From an uncultured Gammaproteobacteria bacterium (lineage in GTDB: Bacteria; Patescibacteriota; Microgenomatia; UBA1406; GWC2-37-13): a stretch of 57,869 bases of DNA. Each line of letters opens with the position of its first letter. Position 1 is the first letter of the stretch. Shown here in pieces: positions 1 through 8,027 of this stretch. Position numbers and translations under genes: made by a program. The stretch spans positions 1-57,869 of the forward strand of contig CAYMVU010000001.1 of NCBI GenBank assembly GCA_964394215.1, in the 5' to 3' direction. The notes beneath the pieces were generated by a model. The model did no database searches. It saw only the letters and a list, made by a program, of their open reading frames with translations, and had not been told where the DNA came from.

Positions 1-53
1 ACCCCCGACCTCATTCTTACCAAGAATGCGTTCTACCACTGAACCATTCGGGC
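1..53 (-). tRNA. tRNA-Thr(GGU), 3' part cut off by window edge
   Basis: Reverse complement reads GCCCGAA-TG-GTTC-AGTGGTA-GAAC-G-CATTC-TTGGTAA-GAATG-AGGTC-GGGGG-T. That gives an acceptor strand, D arm, anticodon arm with GGT anticodon, variable loop and the start of the T arm. Confidence 0.85.
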
Positions 54-113
54 ACGTACCCGCTTAAGTCACAATTTTACCATACACACACGCTGATTTG
101 ATATAGTTAAGGT

Positions 114-572
114 ATGGACTACACAGATGAAGATTTAGAAAAGCTTCTTGAAAAAGAAAAAACTCCGATCGGTCTCTATATAAAGGTGTTTTTTCTCATT
201 GGGATAGTCTCTCTCGGCGCATTGTTTTTACACGTTTATTCCAGAAAAGCCCCTGAAATAACAGAAGAGAAAGGATCAAAAACAGTTGAGGCTGTGCTTG
301 GCATGAAAAACCGGCTTATCGGAAACGAAAAAATCCGTGAGCTTAAGAATGAGGTGGAGAGTGAAGGTGTTTTTACCGCGTTAAACAGCGTCAAAGACGA
401 AGTACAAAGCGAGGCGACAAAAGCTGCTGACCAGACGATAGATAAAACCGCTGATTCTACAATGGACTACATCTATGACAAAACGATCGTTCAGGTAATT
501 GAAAAAATGATTCAAAGCCTTCCGGAGAGACAGCGCGAACAATTCATCGATAGGGTGTGCAGGCCTGAATAG
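114..572 (+). CDS. hypothetical membrane-anchored protein (one predicted TM helix near the N-terminus)
   Basis: 152-aa ORF with hydrophobic segment IGLYIKVFFLIGIVSLGALFL followed by a charged coiled-coil-like tail. No recognisable family motif. Confidence 0.6.
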   Translation: MDYTDEDLEKLLEKEKTPIGLYIKVFFLIGIVSLGALFLHVYSRKAPEITEEKGSKTVEAVLGMKNRLIGNEKIRELKNEVESEGVFTALNSVKDEVQSEATKAADQTIDKTADSTMDYIYDKTIVQVIEKMIQSLPERQREQFIDRVCRPE

Positions 573-609
573 AAACACCGCAAACATATTGGTTCTTTCC
601 AAATTCTTC

Positions 610-648
610 TTGACAAATTGGCAAACAATTTGTTAGACTGCTAATATA
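610..648 (+). promoter_or_regulatory. candidate sigma70-type promoter(s) for the hsp20 gene
   Basis: TTGACA at 610-615 with TAGACT 18 nt downstream. Overlapping alternative: TTGGCA at 618-623, an 18-nt spacer, then TAATAT at 642-647. Either leaves a leader of about 150 nt before ATG 797. Confidence 0.4.
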
Positions 649-796
649 AGTTCGAAATAGCGGGGATTCCGCCTTCGATATATGCGTTTTGAGTTCTTCA
701 GCCTCACAAACGAGATATTCGCTTCGGCGGATGTTAGAAACAGTAAACTCGCTATTCATTCGTTAACAGTTTCTAATGAAAGGAGGTGAAAAACAT

Positions 797-1234
797 ATGG
801 CAAATCTGAAACTATCTTCACCGCTTGCCCGCATGATGTTTCGACCGGTCTTTTCAGAGTGGGATGAAGATTGGCTGCAACCGGCTATGACAGAAGGGCT
901 TGATGTGTATGAGGAAGATGATGCAGTGGTTGTAAAAGCTGCTGTCCCTGGTGTCCCGGCAGAGAATGTCGATGTCGAGTATGAAAACGGGGTACTTCAT
1001 ATACATGCCAGATATGAAGAATCTCAGGAAGAGAAAGAAAAGAAAACTGTTGTATACCGACAGGATCGAGTTTCATCGTTTGATTACTCAACAACCCTTC
1101 CACGCACCATCGATCCGCAAACTATGGAGGCACACGTAGAAGACGGTGTTATCCGAGTGAGCGCCAAAGTAGCAGAGGAAGCCAAACGGAAACGTATTCC
1201 TGTCAAGGCACTGACCGGCGGAAGAAAGAAATAA
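797..1234 (+). CDS. hsp20: small heat-shock protein, Hsp20/alpha-crystallin family
   Basis: Alpha-crystallin-like core (VVKAAVPGVPAENVDVEYENGVLHIHA ... FDYSTTLP). AGGAGG at 781-786 precedes ATG 797, so I prefer this start over the track start at 776. Confidence 0.85.
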   Translation: MANLKLSSPLARMMFRPVFSEWDEDWLQPAMTEGLDVYEEDDAVVVKAAVPGVPAENVDVEYENGVLHIHARYEESQEEKEKKTVVYRQDRVSSFDYSTTLPRTIDPQTMEAHVEDGVIRVSAKVAEEAKRKRIPVKALTGGRKK

Positions 1235-1250
1235 CCGCTTACTCAAACCC

Positions 1251-1281
1251 AGACGGTCCTTGAGGGACCGTCTTTTTTTTT
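1251..1281 (+). terminator. rho-independent terminator of hsp20
   Basis: AGACGGTCC / GGACCGTCT stem followed by a run of 10 T. Confidence 0.8.
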
Positions 1282-1330
1282 GAGAATACAGTTGAATAAA
1301 ACCCGCCTTTTTGATATCCTCTTTACTACT

Positions 1331-1981
1331 ATGGACATCAAATATCTCGGACACTCATCCTTCTTCATAAAAACCAAAAATGCAAAAATCGTGACAGATC
1401 CTTTCAGTGCTGAAAGTACCGGCATGAAATTCCCCAAAACGGAAGCAGATATTGTAACTGTGTCTCATGATCACGGAGACCATAATTACGTTGAGGGAAT
1501 AAAAGGAGAACCCTTAGTCCTTACATGGCCGGGAGAATATGAAAAAAACGAGGTCCGTATTACCGGATTCGGTACATTTCATGACTCAAAAGAGGGGGTA
1601 GAGCGAGGTGCAAATGTGATGTATAAGTTCGAAGACAATGACATTTCTGTCCTTCACTGCGGAGATCTCGGACATCTTTTGAATGATGAAATCACAGAAC
1701 AGATCGGAGCTGTTGACATACTGATGGTTCCTGTCGGCGGATTTTTCACGATCAATGCCGAAGATGCCGTCAAAGTCATCAATCAAATTGAGCCTTCCAT
1801 GGTAATTCCGATGCATTACAATCATCCGGGACTGAATCAGGAGACATTCGCAAACCTGCAGGACCTTGCCGTATTCCTGAAAGAAATCGGGGCAGAAGAT
1901 GTCCAGCCGGTAGACAAAATAACTGTGAAAAAAGACCAATTAAATCCGGAGAGCACACAGGTGGTGGTACTCAGTATCTAA
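1331..1981 (+). CDS. metallo-beta-lactamase-fold metal-dependent hydrolase (UPF0173-like)
   Basis: MDIKYLGHSSFFIKT N-terminus and VSHDHGDHN (HxHxDH) motif. Start moved to ATG 1331 because the upstream part of the ORF overlaps the hsp20 terminator. Confidence 0.75.
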   Translation: MDIKYLGHSSFFIKTKNAKIVTDPFSAESTGMKFPKTEADIVTVSHDHGDHNYVEGIKGEPLVLTWPGEYEKNEVRITGFGTFHDSKEGVERGANVMYKFEDNDISVLHCGDLGHLLNDEITEQIGAVDILMVPVGGFFTINAEDAVKVINQIEPSMVIPMHYNHPGLNQETFANLQDLAVFLKEIGAEDVQPVDKITVKKDQLNPESTQVVVLSI

Positions 1982-2026
1982 TTGGTTCTTCTGAAGATAC
2001 AATATTTCTTCATCTCATGAGCTAAT

Positions 2027-3373
2027 ATGGCCAATCAATCCAGCTTTTATAAAACACCGCCAAGCGATAGCGAAGCGGAGAAATCAGCACTCGGTGCAGT
2101 TCTTATTGACTCTTCAGCAGTATCTCTCATAGCTGAATATCTGCGGCCTGAACATTTCTACAGTCGTGAACATCAGCTTATTTACCAGAGTATGCTAGAT
2201 CTCTTTGAAAAGCAGCAGCCTATCGATGTGGTGACACTCAAAAACAAGTTGACCACGAACGGAACGCTCAAAGATGCCGGAGGGGCGAAATATCTGACAG
2301 AACTCCTAAATTCGGTACCAACGTCTGCATACGTTGAGCAGTATGCTCATATTGTTCGCGCAATGTATACAAAGCGGAAATTGATTGAGGTGGCATCCCG
2401 ATCGGTTGAAAACGCTTTTGAAAATAAGGGAGATATACAGGAGCTTATTGACAGTGTAGAGTCCTCAATTTTTGCGCTCGCACAAGAATATCAGCACAGG
2501 GATTTCGTACCGATGAAAGAGATTCTGACTGAGAGTTTTGCCAAACTTGAAGAGTTTATGAAAACCGGTAAAACCAATAGCGGTATCCCCACAGGATTTG
2601 CAGCACTTGACAACAAACTTGCCGGTCTGCATAAATCCAATCTTGTTATTCTGGCAGCCCGTCCCGGAGTCGGGAAAACAACTTTTGCACTGAATATTGC
2701 ACTCCATGCCGCGATGAAGGAAAAAAAGCCTGTCGGTTTTTTCTCACTTGAAATGAGTAAGGAGGAATTGGTGGATCGATTGTTAGTCGGACAGGCAGAT
2801 ATTGATGCATGGCGTCTGAAAACAGGAAAACTCACGGAAGATGATACCAAAAAGTTGGTGACTGCGATGGGAGAGCTTTCGGAAGCGCAGATTTTTATCG
2901 ACGACACACCCGGTTTATCCATTCTTGAGATGCGAACCAAAGCACGGAAACTGAAAGCCGAGAAGGGTCTGGATCTCTTGGTGGTCGACTATCTCCAGCT
3001 TGCCAATGGGGGAAAGAGGTTTGAATCGCGTGTTCAGGAGGTATCGTATATTTCCCAGGGTTTGAAAAATTTAGCGCGCGAACTCCAAATTCCGGTATTA
3101 TCCCTGTCGCAGCTTTCGCGTGCGGTAGAGCAGAGAGGTGATAAAAAGCCGATGCTTGCGGATCTTCGTGAGTCGGGGGCAATTGAACAGGATGCGGATG
3201 TTGTCATGTTTATCTATGCAGAAGATGAAAGTGATGATCTTCTTGATTCAAGTCAGCGTATGGTAAAAATCAGTGTTGCCAAACACCGAAACGGATCAAC
3301 CGGTGAAATTGATCTGATGTTCCGCGGTGATCGCGTACGCTTCTATTCCGTGGAAAAAAGTATGGAGTTGTAG
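2027..3373 (+). CDS. dnaB: replicative DNA helicase DnaB
   Basis: 448 aa. N-terminal DnaB domain (PPSDSEAEKSALGAVL), Walker A ARPGVGKTTFAL, and LVVDYLQL, SQLSRAVEQR and ADVVMF motifs. Confidence 0.92.
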   Translation: MANQSSFYKTPPSDSEAEKSALGAVLIDSSAVSLIAEYLRPEHFYSREHQLIYQSMLDLFEKQQPIDVVTLKNKLTTNGTLKDAGGAKYLTELLNSVPTSAYVEQYAHIVRAMYTKRKLIEVASRSVENAFENKGDIQELIDSVESSIFALAQEYQHRDFVPMKEILTESFAKLEEFMKTGKTNSGIPTGFAALDNKLAGLHKSNLVILAARPGVGKTTFALNIALHAAMKEKKPVGFFSLEMSKEELVDRLLVGQADIDAWRLKTGKLTEDDTKKLVTAMGELSEAQIFIDDTPGLSILEMRTKARKLKAEKGLDLLVVDYLQLANGGKRFESRVQEVSYISQGLKNLARELQIPVLSLSQLSRAVEQRGDKKPMLADLRESGAIEQDADVVMFIYAEDESDDLLDSSQRMVKISVAKHRNGSTGEIDLMFRGDRVRFYSVEKSMEL

Positions 3374-3455
3374 AAACATTGTTCGTTATTCGTGTAACGT
3401 CGAACGTTCATAGATACACGTTACGAAAAACGACACATGCACAACGAATAGTAGC

Positions 3456-3977
3456 CTATGCATTCATATCCTGTATTATCAGGCTACGGATGTAATCTGC
3501 CTTACTGATTCCTTTATCAGTTGCCTGATCCATAAGATATGAATTGATGTCACGACTCAACATAAGATTGAATCGATAGGTGAGGCGTTGTTTTTTTACG
3601 GCTTTTATAAAATCTTCAATTTTTTTCTCAAAGTCTGCCGATTTTTTGAGAGTATATGTTTTGTTGTTGACCAGTCTGTTGGCCCCGAGTTCAACATCCT
3701 GTTCTTTTCCTTTTTCCTGCAGGATAAGAAGCGGTTTGTGCTGAAAAATAGCCAGAGTCATAAGTCTTCCCAGATCAAAATTTGTTGTACTGCCCTCAAC
3801 TACTAACGCATCCGATTTTTTAATTTCACGGGTAATTTTAGCCAGTTTCGATGATTTGTCTTTGGCATCCGGTAAAAATGTACCGTTTGAAACAGTGTGC
3901 TTCAGCTTTTTGAGAGTAGAAGTGATAAAGTCATTTATTTCTTTTGATTGGTTGGAAGATAAATAGAGTATATACAT
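3456..3977 (-). CDS. two-domain protein with a C-terminal ribbon-helix-helix (CopG/Arc-like) DNA-binding domain; the N-terminal Rossmann-like domain may be nucleoside 2-deoxyribosyltransferase-like
   Basis: C-terminus LTYRFNLMLSRDINSYLMDQATDKGISKADYIRSLIIQD fits the strand-helix-helix RHH pattern. N-terminal part (YILYLSS ... SDALVVEGSTTNFDLGRLMTLAIFQHKPLLIL) resembles deoxyribosyltransferase-like folds by eye only. Confidence 0.55.
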   Translation of the reverse strand: MYILYLSSNQSKEINDFITSTLKKLKHTVSNGTFLPDAKDKSSKLAKITREIKKSDALVVEGSTTNFDLGRLMTLAIFQHKPLLILQEKGKEQDVELGANRLVNNKTYTLKKSADFEKKIEDFIKAVKKQRLTYRFNLMLSRDINSYLMDQATDKGISKADYIRSLIIQDMNA

Positions 3978-3997
3978 GTAAACAAAAACTGATATTA

Positions 3998-4025
3998 AGT
4001 ATTTAGTATACAGTATAAAGTATAT
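3998..4025. repeat. four tandem heptads AGTATNN (AGTATTT AGTATAC AGTATAA AGTATAT), candidate operator
   Basis: Read directly. The array lies 21-48 nt upstream of the start codon (3977) of the RHH-domain gene, in the divergent region shared with the HD gene. Confidence 0.5.
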
Positions 4026-4127
4026 TTGATGTTATGCAAAGGCATATCAAAGAAAGTGATAGGATATAGTTTCTAGAGTTATCAGGCATTTTTCATTTAT
4101 CATCATTGTTTTGATACAATTGACAGT

Positions 4128-4790
4128 ATGACAATCCAAGATATATATAAGACATACCGCATCACGCCTGCTCTACAGCTTCATCAGTATCGGGTCGCTT
4201 CCATAGGTAAGTACCTATCGAGTCATATTGCAGAAGGCAAAAGCGAACAACGGGAGATTGTCATGGCATGTCTTCTCCATGATATGGGGAATATTATCAA
4301 ATTTAATATGAACCTATTTCCGGAGTTCTTTCAGCCGGAGGGAGTAGAGTATTGGCAAGGAGTAAAAGATGACTTTATCAAGAAGTACGGAACGGATGAG
4401 CACATAGCAACTGTCGAAATTGCCAAAGAAGTTTTGAAGGATATCAAGGGCAAAGATCGGATACTGGACCTGATTGATGCAATCGGGTTTTCCAATGCAA
4501 AACGAAATGCAGAAAGCAGGGATTATGGTTGGAAAATAGCAGCATATGCCGATATGCGGGTAGAGCCTCAAGGAGTGACGACACTTGAATCGCGTCTTTC
4601 GGACGGGAATAAACGCTTCAAGCTCAATAAGCCAGGTATAAGCCGTCATGATTTTTTTGTTGAGATGTCGGGATATCTTCACACAATCCAACAGCAGTTA
4701 TTTGAGGGATTGGATTTTACTCCTGAAAGTATTACGGAAGAAACGGTTCAACCGATTATGAGAGCCTTGCCTGAAACGCCGGTCTCTTAA
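4128..4790 (+). CDS. HD-domain metal-dependent phosphohydrolase
   Basis: LLHDMGN motif (HD dyad) in a 220-aa ORF. Confidence 0.65.
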   Translation: MTIQDIYKTYRITPALQLHQYRVASIGKYLSSHIAEGKSEQREIVMACLLHDMGNIIKFNMNLFPEFFQPEGVEYWQGVKDDFIKKYGTDEHIATVEIAKEVLKDIKGKDRILDLIDAIGFSNAKRNAESRDYGWKIAAYADMRVEPQGVTTLESRLSDGNKRFKLNKPGISRHDFFVEMSGYLHTIQQQLFEGLDFTPESITEETVQPIMRALPETPVS

Positions 4791-5851
4791 AAGGTAATTC
4801 CGAGCATGTCTTCACCGAATCGCTGCCATTCTTCTCTCATAGAGGTTGCTTTATTTATCGTTTCATGTTCGTTCCAGAAGCTTCTTACCTCAATTTCGGC
4901 AGCTGCAGATTCGCTTTCACCCTGAATAATCAATGATTGGATAGCTTGTTGTAGCATATCTGCATCTTTTCGCTCAAGAGCGGTAACAAGTTCAGAAAAG
5001 ACTGCTACATCTTTATTGAAGGAGGCAACCGCTTCATCATGACCGGTTTTGAGATCTTCAGGTAATTCTGAGGTATCGATTGCTTTATAATCTTCATAAA
5101 TATCATCCAGTTCATTTACTTTGCTTTTGAAATTGGCTACAGAGTCGGGATCAGCATTTCTCAGAATCGATTCCTGTAAAGCCAAACCGATCTGATATCC
5201 TAATGTTTTTGAAGAAATTTCAAGGTTGTTGATTTGGGTAAGGTAGGCAAGAAGAGCGTCAGATTGAGCTGCAAAGTCCTTGGTATCGGAAATAAGAGAG
5301 GTTGCATCTGGTAAAAACGGTTTAACTAACGGGTTTCCCTGATATACGTTGGCAATTTTTGTGTTTATCGACGCGATATTGGTAAGCGAAGTACGACCTT
5401 TCTTATATTGATCGGCCAGTTTTCTATTCAGTGCGATATTCAGGTCTTCTTCTGCTCCCAGAACGTTGGCATCTACGTCGCTTATCTTGCTCGGACGGGC
5501 TTTCAAGAGGTTTGTGGTCTCTGCTTCAGGGCTTGGTGTTTTTTCATCAAGAATAGTACGTACTGATCTATAAGATTTTTCCAGGGCAGTCAATTCTTTT
5601 ACCTGAGTCTGTACCTGCTGCTGCAGTTCACGCTTCGCGGACATACTCATCCAGATGATGCCTCCGATACTTGCCAGAACAAGAAGAATGACGGCAACTG
5701 CGATAATAAGCATTGGTTTATGTGATGACCCAGGCTGAATCGGTGCAGATTGAACTGAAGAATTATACGCAGGTTGCACTGGTGTCTGTGGTATTTGTGT
5801 TGGCGTTTGAGGAACTTCAGGAGTTGGTTGAGTAGGTTCATCATTGTTCAT
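4787..5851 (-). CDS. hypothetical membrane-anchored protein with a Pro/Gln-rich N-terminus
   Basis: 354 aa. N-terminal PTQPTPEVPQTPTQIPQTPVQP repeat-like tract, then TM helix MLIIAVAVILLVLASIGGIIWM, then a helical extracytoplasmic part. No family motif recognised. Confidence 0.6.
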   Translation of the reverse strand: MNNDEPTQPTPEVPQTPTQIPQTPVQPAYNSSVQSAPIQPGSSHKPMLIIAVAVILLVLASIGGIIWMSMSAKRELQQQVQTQVKELTALEKSYRSVRTILDEKTPSPEAETTNLLKARPSKISDVDANVLGAEEDLNIALNRKLADQYKKGRTSLTNIASINTKIANVYQGNPLVKPFLPDATSLISDTKDFAAQSDALLAYLTQINNLEISSKTLGYQIGLALQESILRNADPDSVANFKSKVNELDDIYEDYKAIDTSELPEDLKTGHDEAVASFNKDVAVFSELVTALERKDADMLQQAIQSLIIQGESESAAAEIEVRSFWNEHETINKATSMREEWQRFGEDMLGITF

Positions 5852-5923
5852 ACATTCAGAATACCCGAATCAATACCTTGTGTCAAACTCAGAAAGAGGT
5901 GGTGTATACATTATTACAACAAC

Positions 5924-6466
5924 CTATATTATCTTTCTATGAGAAAGTATCCTTAAAGTCATCCAACCGACCAAAAAGCCTATCAATGCCCCAACGATCA
6001 CATCAAGGAAGTAATGGCAGGTGAGATAGATACGGGAAAGCGATATAAGACTTGCAATCCCATAATAGAGCCATTTTCGTTTGGGGTCAAAGTGTGCAAA
6101 AATTATTGCTCCTGCAAATGCTCCTGAAGCATGACCGGACGGAAAACTGAAATCTCTGGGACAAATTGCCTCAGAAATTTGTTGAACGACCCAGGGACGC
6201 TCCCGCATGACAATATTCTTCAGGATGATATTTACAAGAAAACTGGTTGTCAGAAAGCTTGCAAGAAAAGAAATAATAAATTCTCTATGCGTATTGTCAA
6301 ACCGTTCTCTGTAGATAAAATAGGCAAAAAGGACTATCCAGATGATGACTGTCAATCCCTGCAGTGATAGAAAGGAGAAAAAGAAATCAAAGAACCCGTT
6401 GTGGGGAAGCGAGGATGAAATAATTGAAGTGATTTGTTTATCGAAAGCGACAATTGATGAAAGCAT
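5924..6466 (-). CDS. PAP2-family phosphatase (undecaprenyl-diphosphatase-like)
   Basis: PAP2 signature pieces KNIVMRERP, SFPSGHAS and SRIYLTCHYFLDV in a multi-TM 180-aa protein. Confidence 0.75.
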   Translation of the reverse strand: MLSSIVAFDKQITSIISSSLPHNGFFDFFFSFLSLQGLTVIIWIVLFAYFIYRERFDNTHREFIISFLASFLTTSFLVNIILKNIVMRERPWVVQQISEAICPRDFSFPSGHASGAFAGAIIFAHFDPKRKWLYYGIASLISLSRIYLTCHYFLDVIVGALIGFLVGWMTLRILSHRKII

Positions 6467-6507
6467 AGGTTATTGTAATAATCCGCTAAAGAAAAGTCCA
6501 GGATGAA

Positions 6508-7053
6508 TCAGGAATTGATTTTATAGGAGTAGAGTTTGTGTTCACCGCCCGTTGTTTCTGCAGGCTTCATCCGTTTGACAGGATAGCGGTAAGAGTGAAG
6601 AGAGGCTTGTCTCTTCGTCTCTTTAATAAGATCAGCAAATGTGTCTGTTACCCACGGAGATACGTACATGTAGAATACAATATTGTGATAAGGCTCGATC
6701 ATACGCTCATAATCCATTTTAAAAAGATCACCCTGCATGACGGTAATATGCTTACCATGCGGATGGAACCAAGATCTGATCCACATGAATATAACAAGCA
6801 TAAAGTTGATATCGATTGCGATAAACTCAGTGTTTAGCCCTTTTTTATGAGCCTCAGATGCTGCTGCAAAGATAACAGTACCGGTACCGGCTCCCAGATC
6901 AATAACTACTTGATCTTTTTTGAGATATAGCTTTTTTACAACCGTTTCCAGATCTCGACTGTGAGTCGGTAAGAACGGAATAGAGGAATATGCAGCGGAG
7001 AAAACGAAGATAACTATGCCAGCAATTACGGCAAATAGTATAACTAATTCCAT
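6508..7053 (-). CDS. class I SAM-dependent methyltransferase with N-terminal TM anchor
   Basis: VIDLGAGTGTV (motif I) after an N-terminal hydrophobic helix. Confidence 0.65.
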   Translation of the reverse strand: MELVILFAVIAGIVIFVFSAAYSSIPFLPTHSRDLETVVKKLYLKKDQVVIDLGAGTGTVIFAAASEAHKKGLNTEFIAIDINFMLVIFMWIRSWFHPHGKHITVMQGDLFKMDYERMIEPYHNIVFYMYVSPWVTDTFADLIKETKRQASLHSYRYPVKRMKPAETTGGEHKLYSYKINS

Positions 7054-7131
7054 GTACTTTCAGTATATCAGGATTTTATGAAGAAAAAGTAAATTGATAT
7101 GACATAGATATGTATCAATTAGGTTCGAGCA

Positions 7132-7316
7132 TGGTGCCGGAGGTGGGAGTCGAACCCACACAGGCCGAGGCCTACAGGTTTTTGACCCGCCTAAAATATG
7201 TGGCGCGAGAGGGAGTCGAACCCTCACGAGGTTACCCTCATCAGTTTTTGAGACTGACTTGTCTGCCATTCCAACATCGCGCCATATTTCGGTGGGTGCC
7301 ATTCCGCCACTCCAGC
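7132..7316 (-). other. interrupted type-II tRNA-like gene (5' half 7316-7284, 3' half 7200-7132) enclosing the tRNA-Leu gene
   Basis: Outer halves give acceptor GCTGGAG/CTCCGGC, D-like arm GCGG-AATGGCAC-CCAC, anticodon-like arm GCGGG-TCAAAAA-CCTGT, variable hairpin AGGC-CTCG-GCCT, T arm GTGGG-TTCGACT-CCCAC, and encoded ACCA. The insert sits on a GAAATAT/ATATTTT stalk. Confidence 0.5.
7201..7283 (-). tRNA. tRNA-Leu(CAA)
   Basis: GGCGCGA-TG-TTGG-AATGGCAG-ACAA-G-TCAGT-CTCAAAA-ACTGA-TGAGGGTAACCTCGT-GAGGG-TTCGACT-CCCTC-TCGCGCC-A. Canonical type-II cloverleaf; CCA is not encoded. Confidence 0.9.
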
Positions 7317-7400
7317 ATGCGAGATTATATTATACTTCAAAAATCGTATTCTCCGTAGGAAATGCTGTTTCGGTAAAGCATTCACAAAACTTGTTGACTA

Positions 7401-7429
7401 TTGAAGATTTCTGTTCTCTGTGTTATAAT
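7401..7429 (+). promoter_or_regulatory. strong sigma70-type promoter with extended -10
   Basis: TTGAAG (7401-7406), 17-nt spacer ending in TGT, then TATAAT (7424-7429). Confidence 0.6.
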
Positions 7430-7441
7430 TACACACTGAAT

Positions 7442-7498
7442 ATGTATTTTAGAATGGAATCATTCATCATCGCCCTCCTTACACTTATTGTCTTTTGA
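7442..7498 (+). CDS. candidate 18-codon leader peptide or small hydrophobic peptide MYFRMESFIIALLTLIVF
   Basis: ATG lies about 6 nt after the predicted transcription start. The ORF covers the first arm (CGCCCTCC 7471-7478) of alternative hairpins. No Shine-Dalgarno sequence. Confidence 0.3.
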   Translation: MYFRMESFIIALLTLIVF

Positions 7499-7525
7499 AG
7501 ACAGGGAGGTGCGTTTGACACAGTA

Positions 7526-7554
7526 AACCTCCCGGTTAGGGGAGGTTTTTTTTT
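7526..7554 (+). terminator. rho-independent terminator
   Basis: AACCTCCC / GGGAGGTT stem, 6-nt loop, 9-T run. Its 5' arm can alternatively pair with GGGAGG at 7504-7509. Confidence 0.75.
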
Positions 7555-7736
7555 AAGAAAAAAGGAGTTATAAAGATTTGCTTAAGAAGAATATCCCATA
7601 GGCAAAAGCTGTCTATGTGAATAATTCTTGAGCTTTGAGTGATTACCTGTGAATGCAAATAGCTTGCAAACACATTAAGGTTTTCGCACATTAACAACTC
7701 AGACTTACAAGGTTTCTTTCCTGAAACTTCTTGAGG

Positions 7737-7777
7737 GCTGCAAATAGGGGACAGGTCATTCCCTGTTTGCAGCTTTT
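7737..7777 (+). terminator. second terminator-like hairpin at the left edge of the GC-rich segment
   Basis: GCTGCAAA...TTTGCAGC outer stem extended by AGGGGA/TTCCCT inner pairs, followed by TTTT (7774-7777). Confidence 0.45.
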
Positions 7778-8027
7778 CAAGAGGTGGCTGCACCAAAGAA
7801 ATCCGACAATCGTGACGGATGGAATTTAGCAGCTCTTGAGAAAGGAACAAACAACAGAATAACGACTGTATCAGCAGGACCCCTCCGGATAGGGAAGAGG
7901 TATCCGGACCCTTTTGGGAATTTGGGTAAAGAAATTCCTCAAGGGATAGGCGAACCCTATGATTCGTCTCTGGAAAGTATTGTCTATCGTCAAGAACTGT
8001 CGTATGCCCTCAAGGAGGGGGCAGATC

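Noticed and set aside
7536-7850. A 104-aa minus-strand ORF in the region upstream of the GC-rich gene.
   Set aside because: It has a TTG start with no RBS, runs through both plus-strand terminator hairpins, and is Cys-rich with low complexity and no motifs. I treat the region as non-coding leader or spacer.
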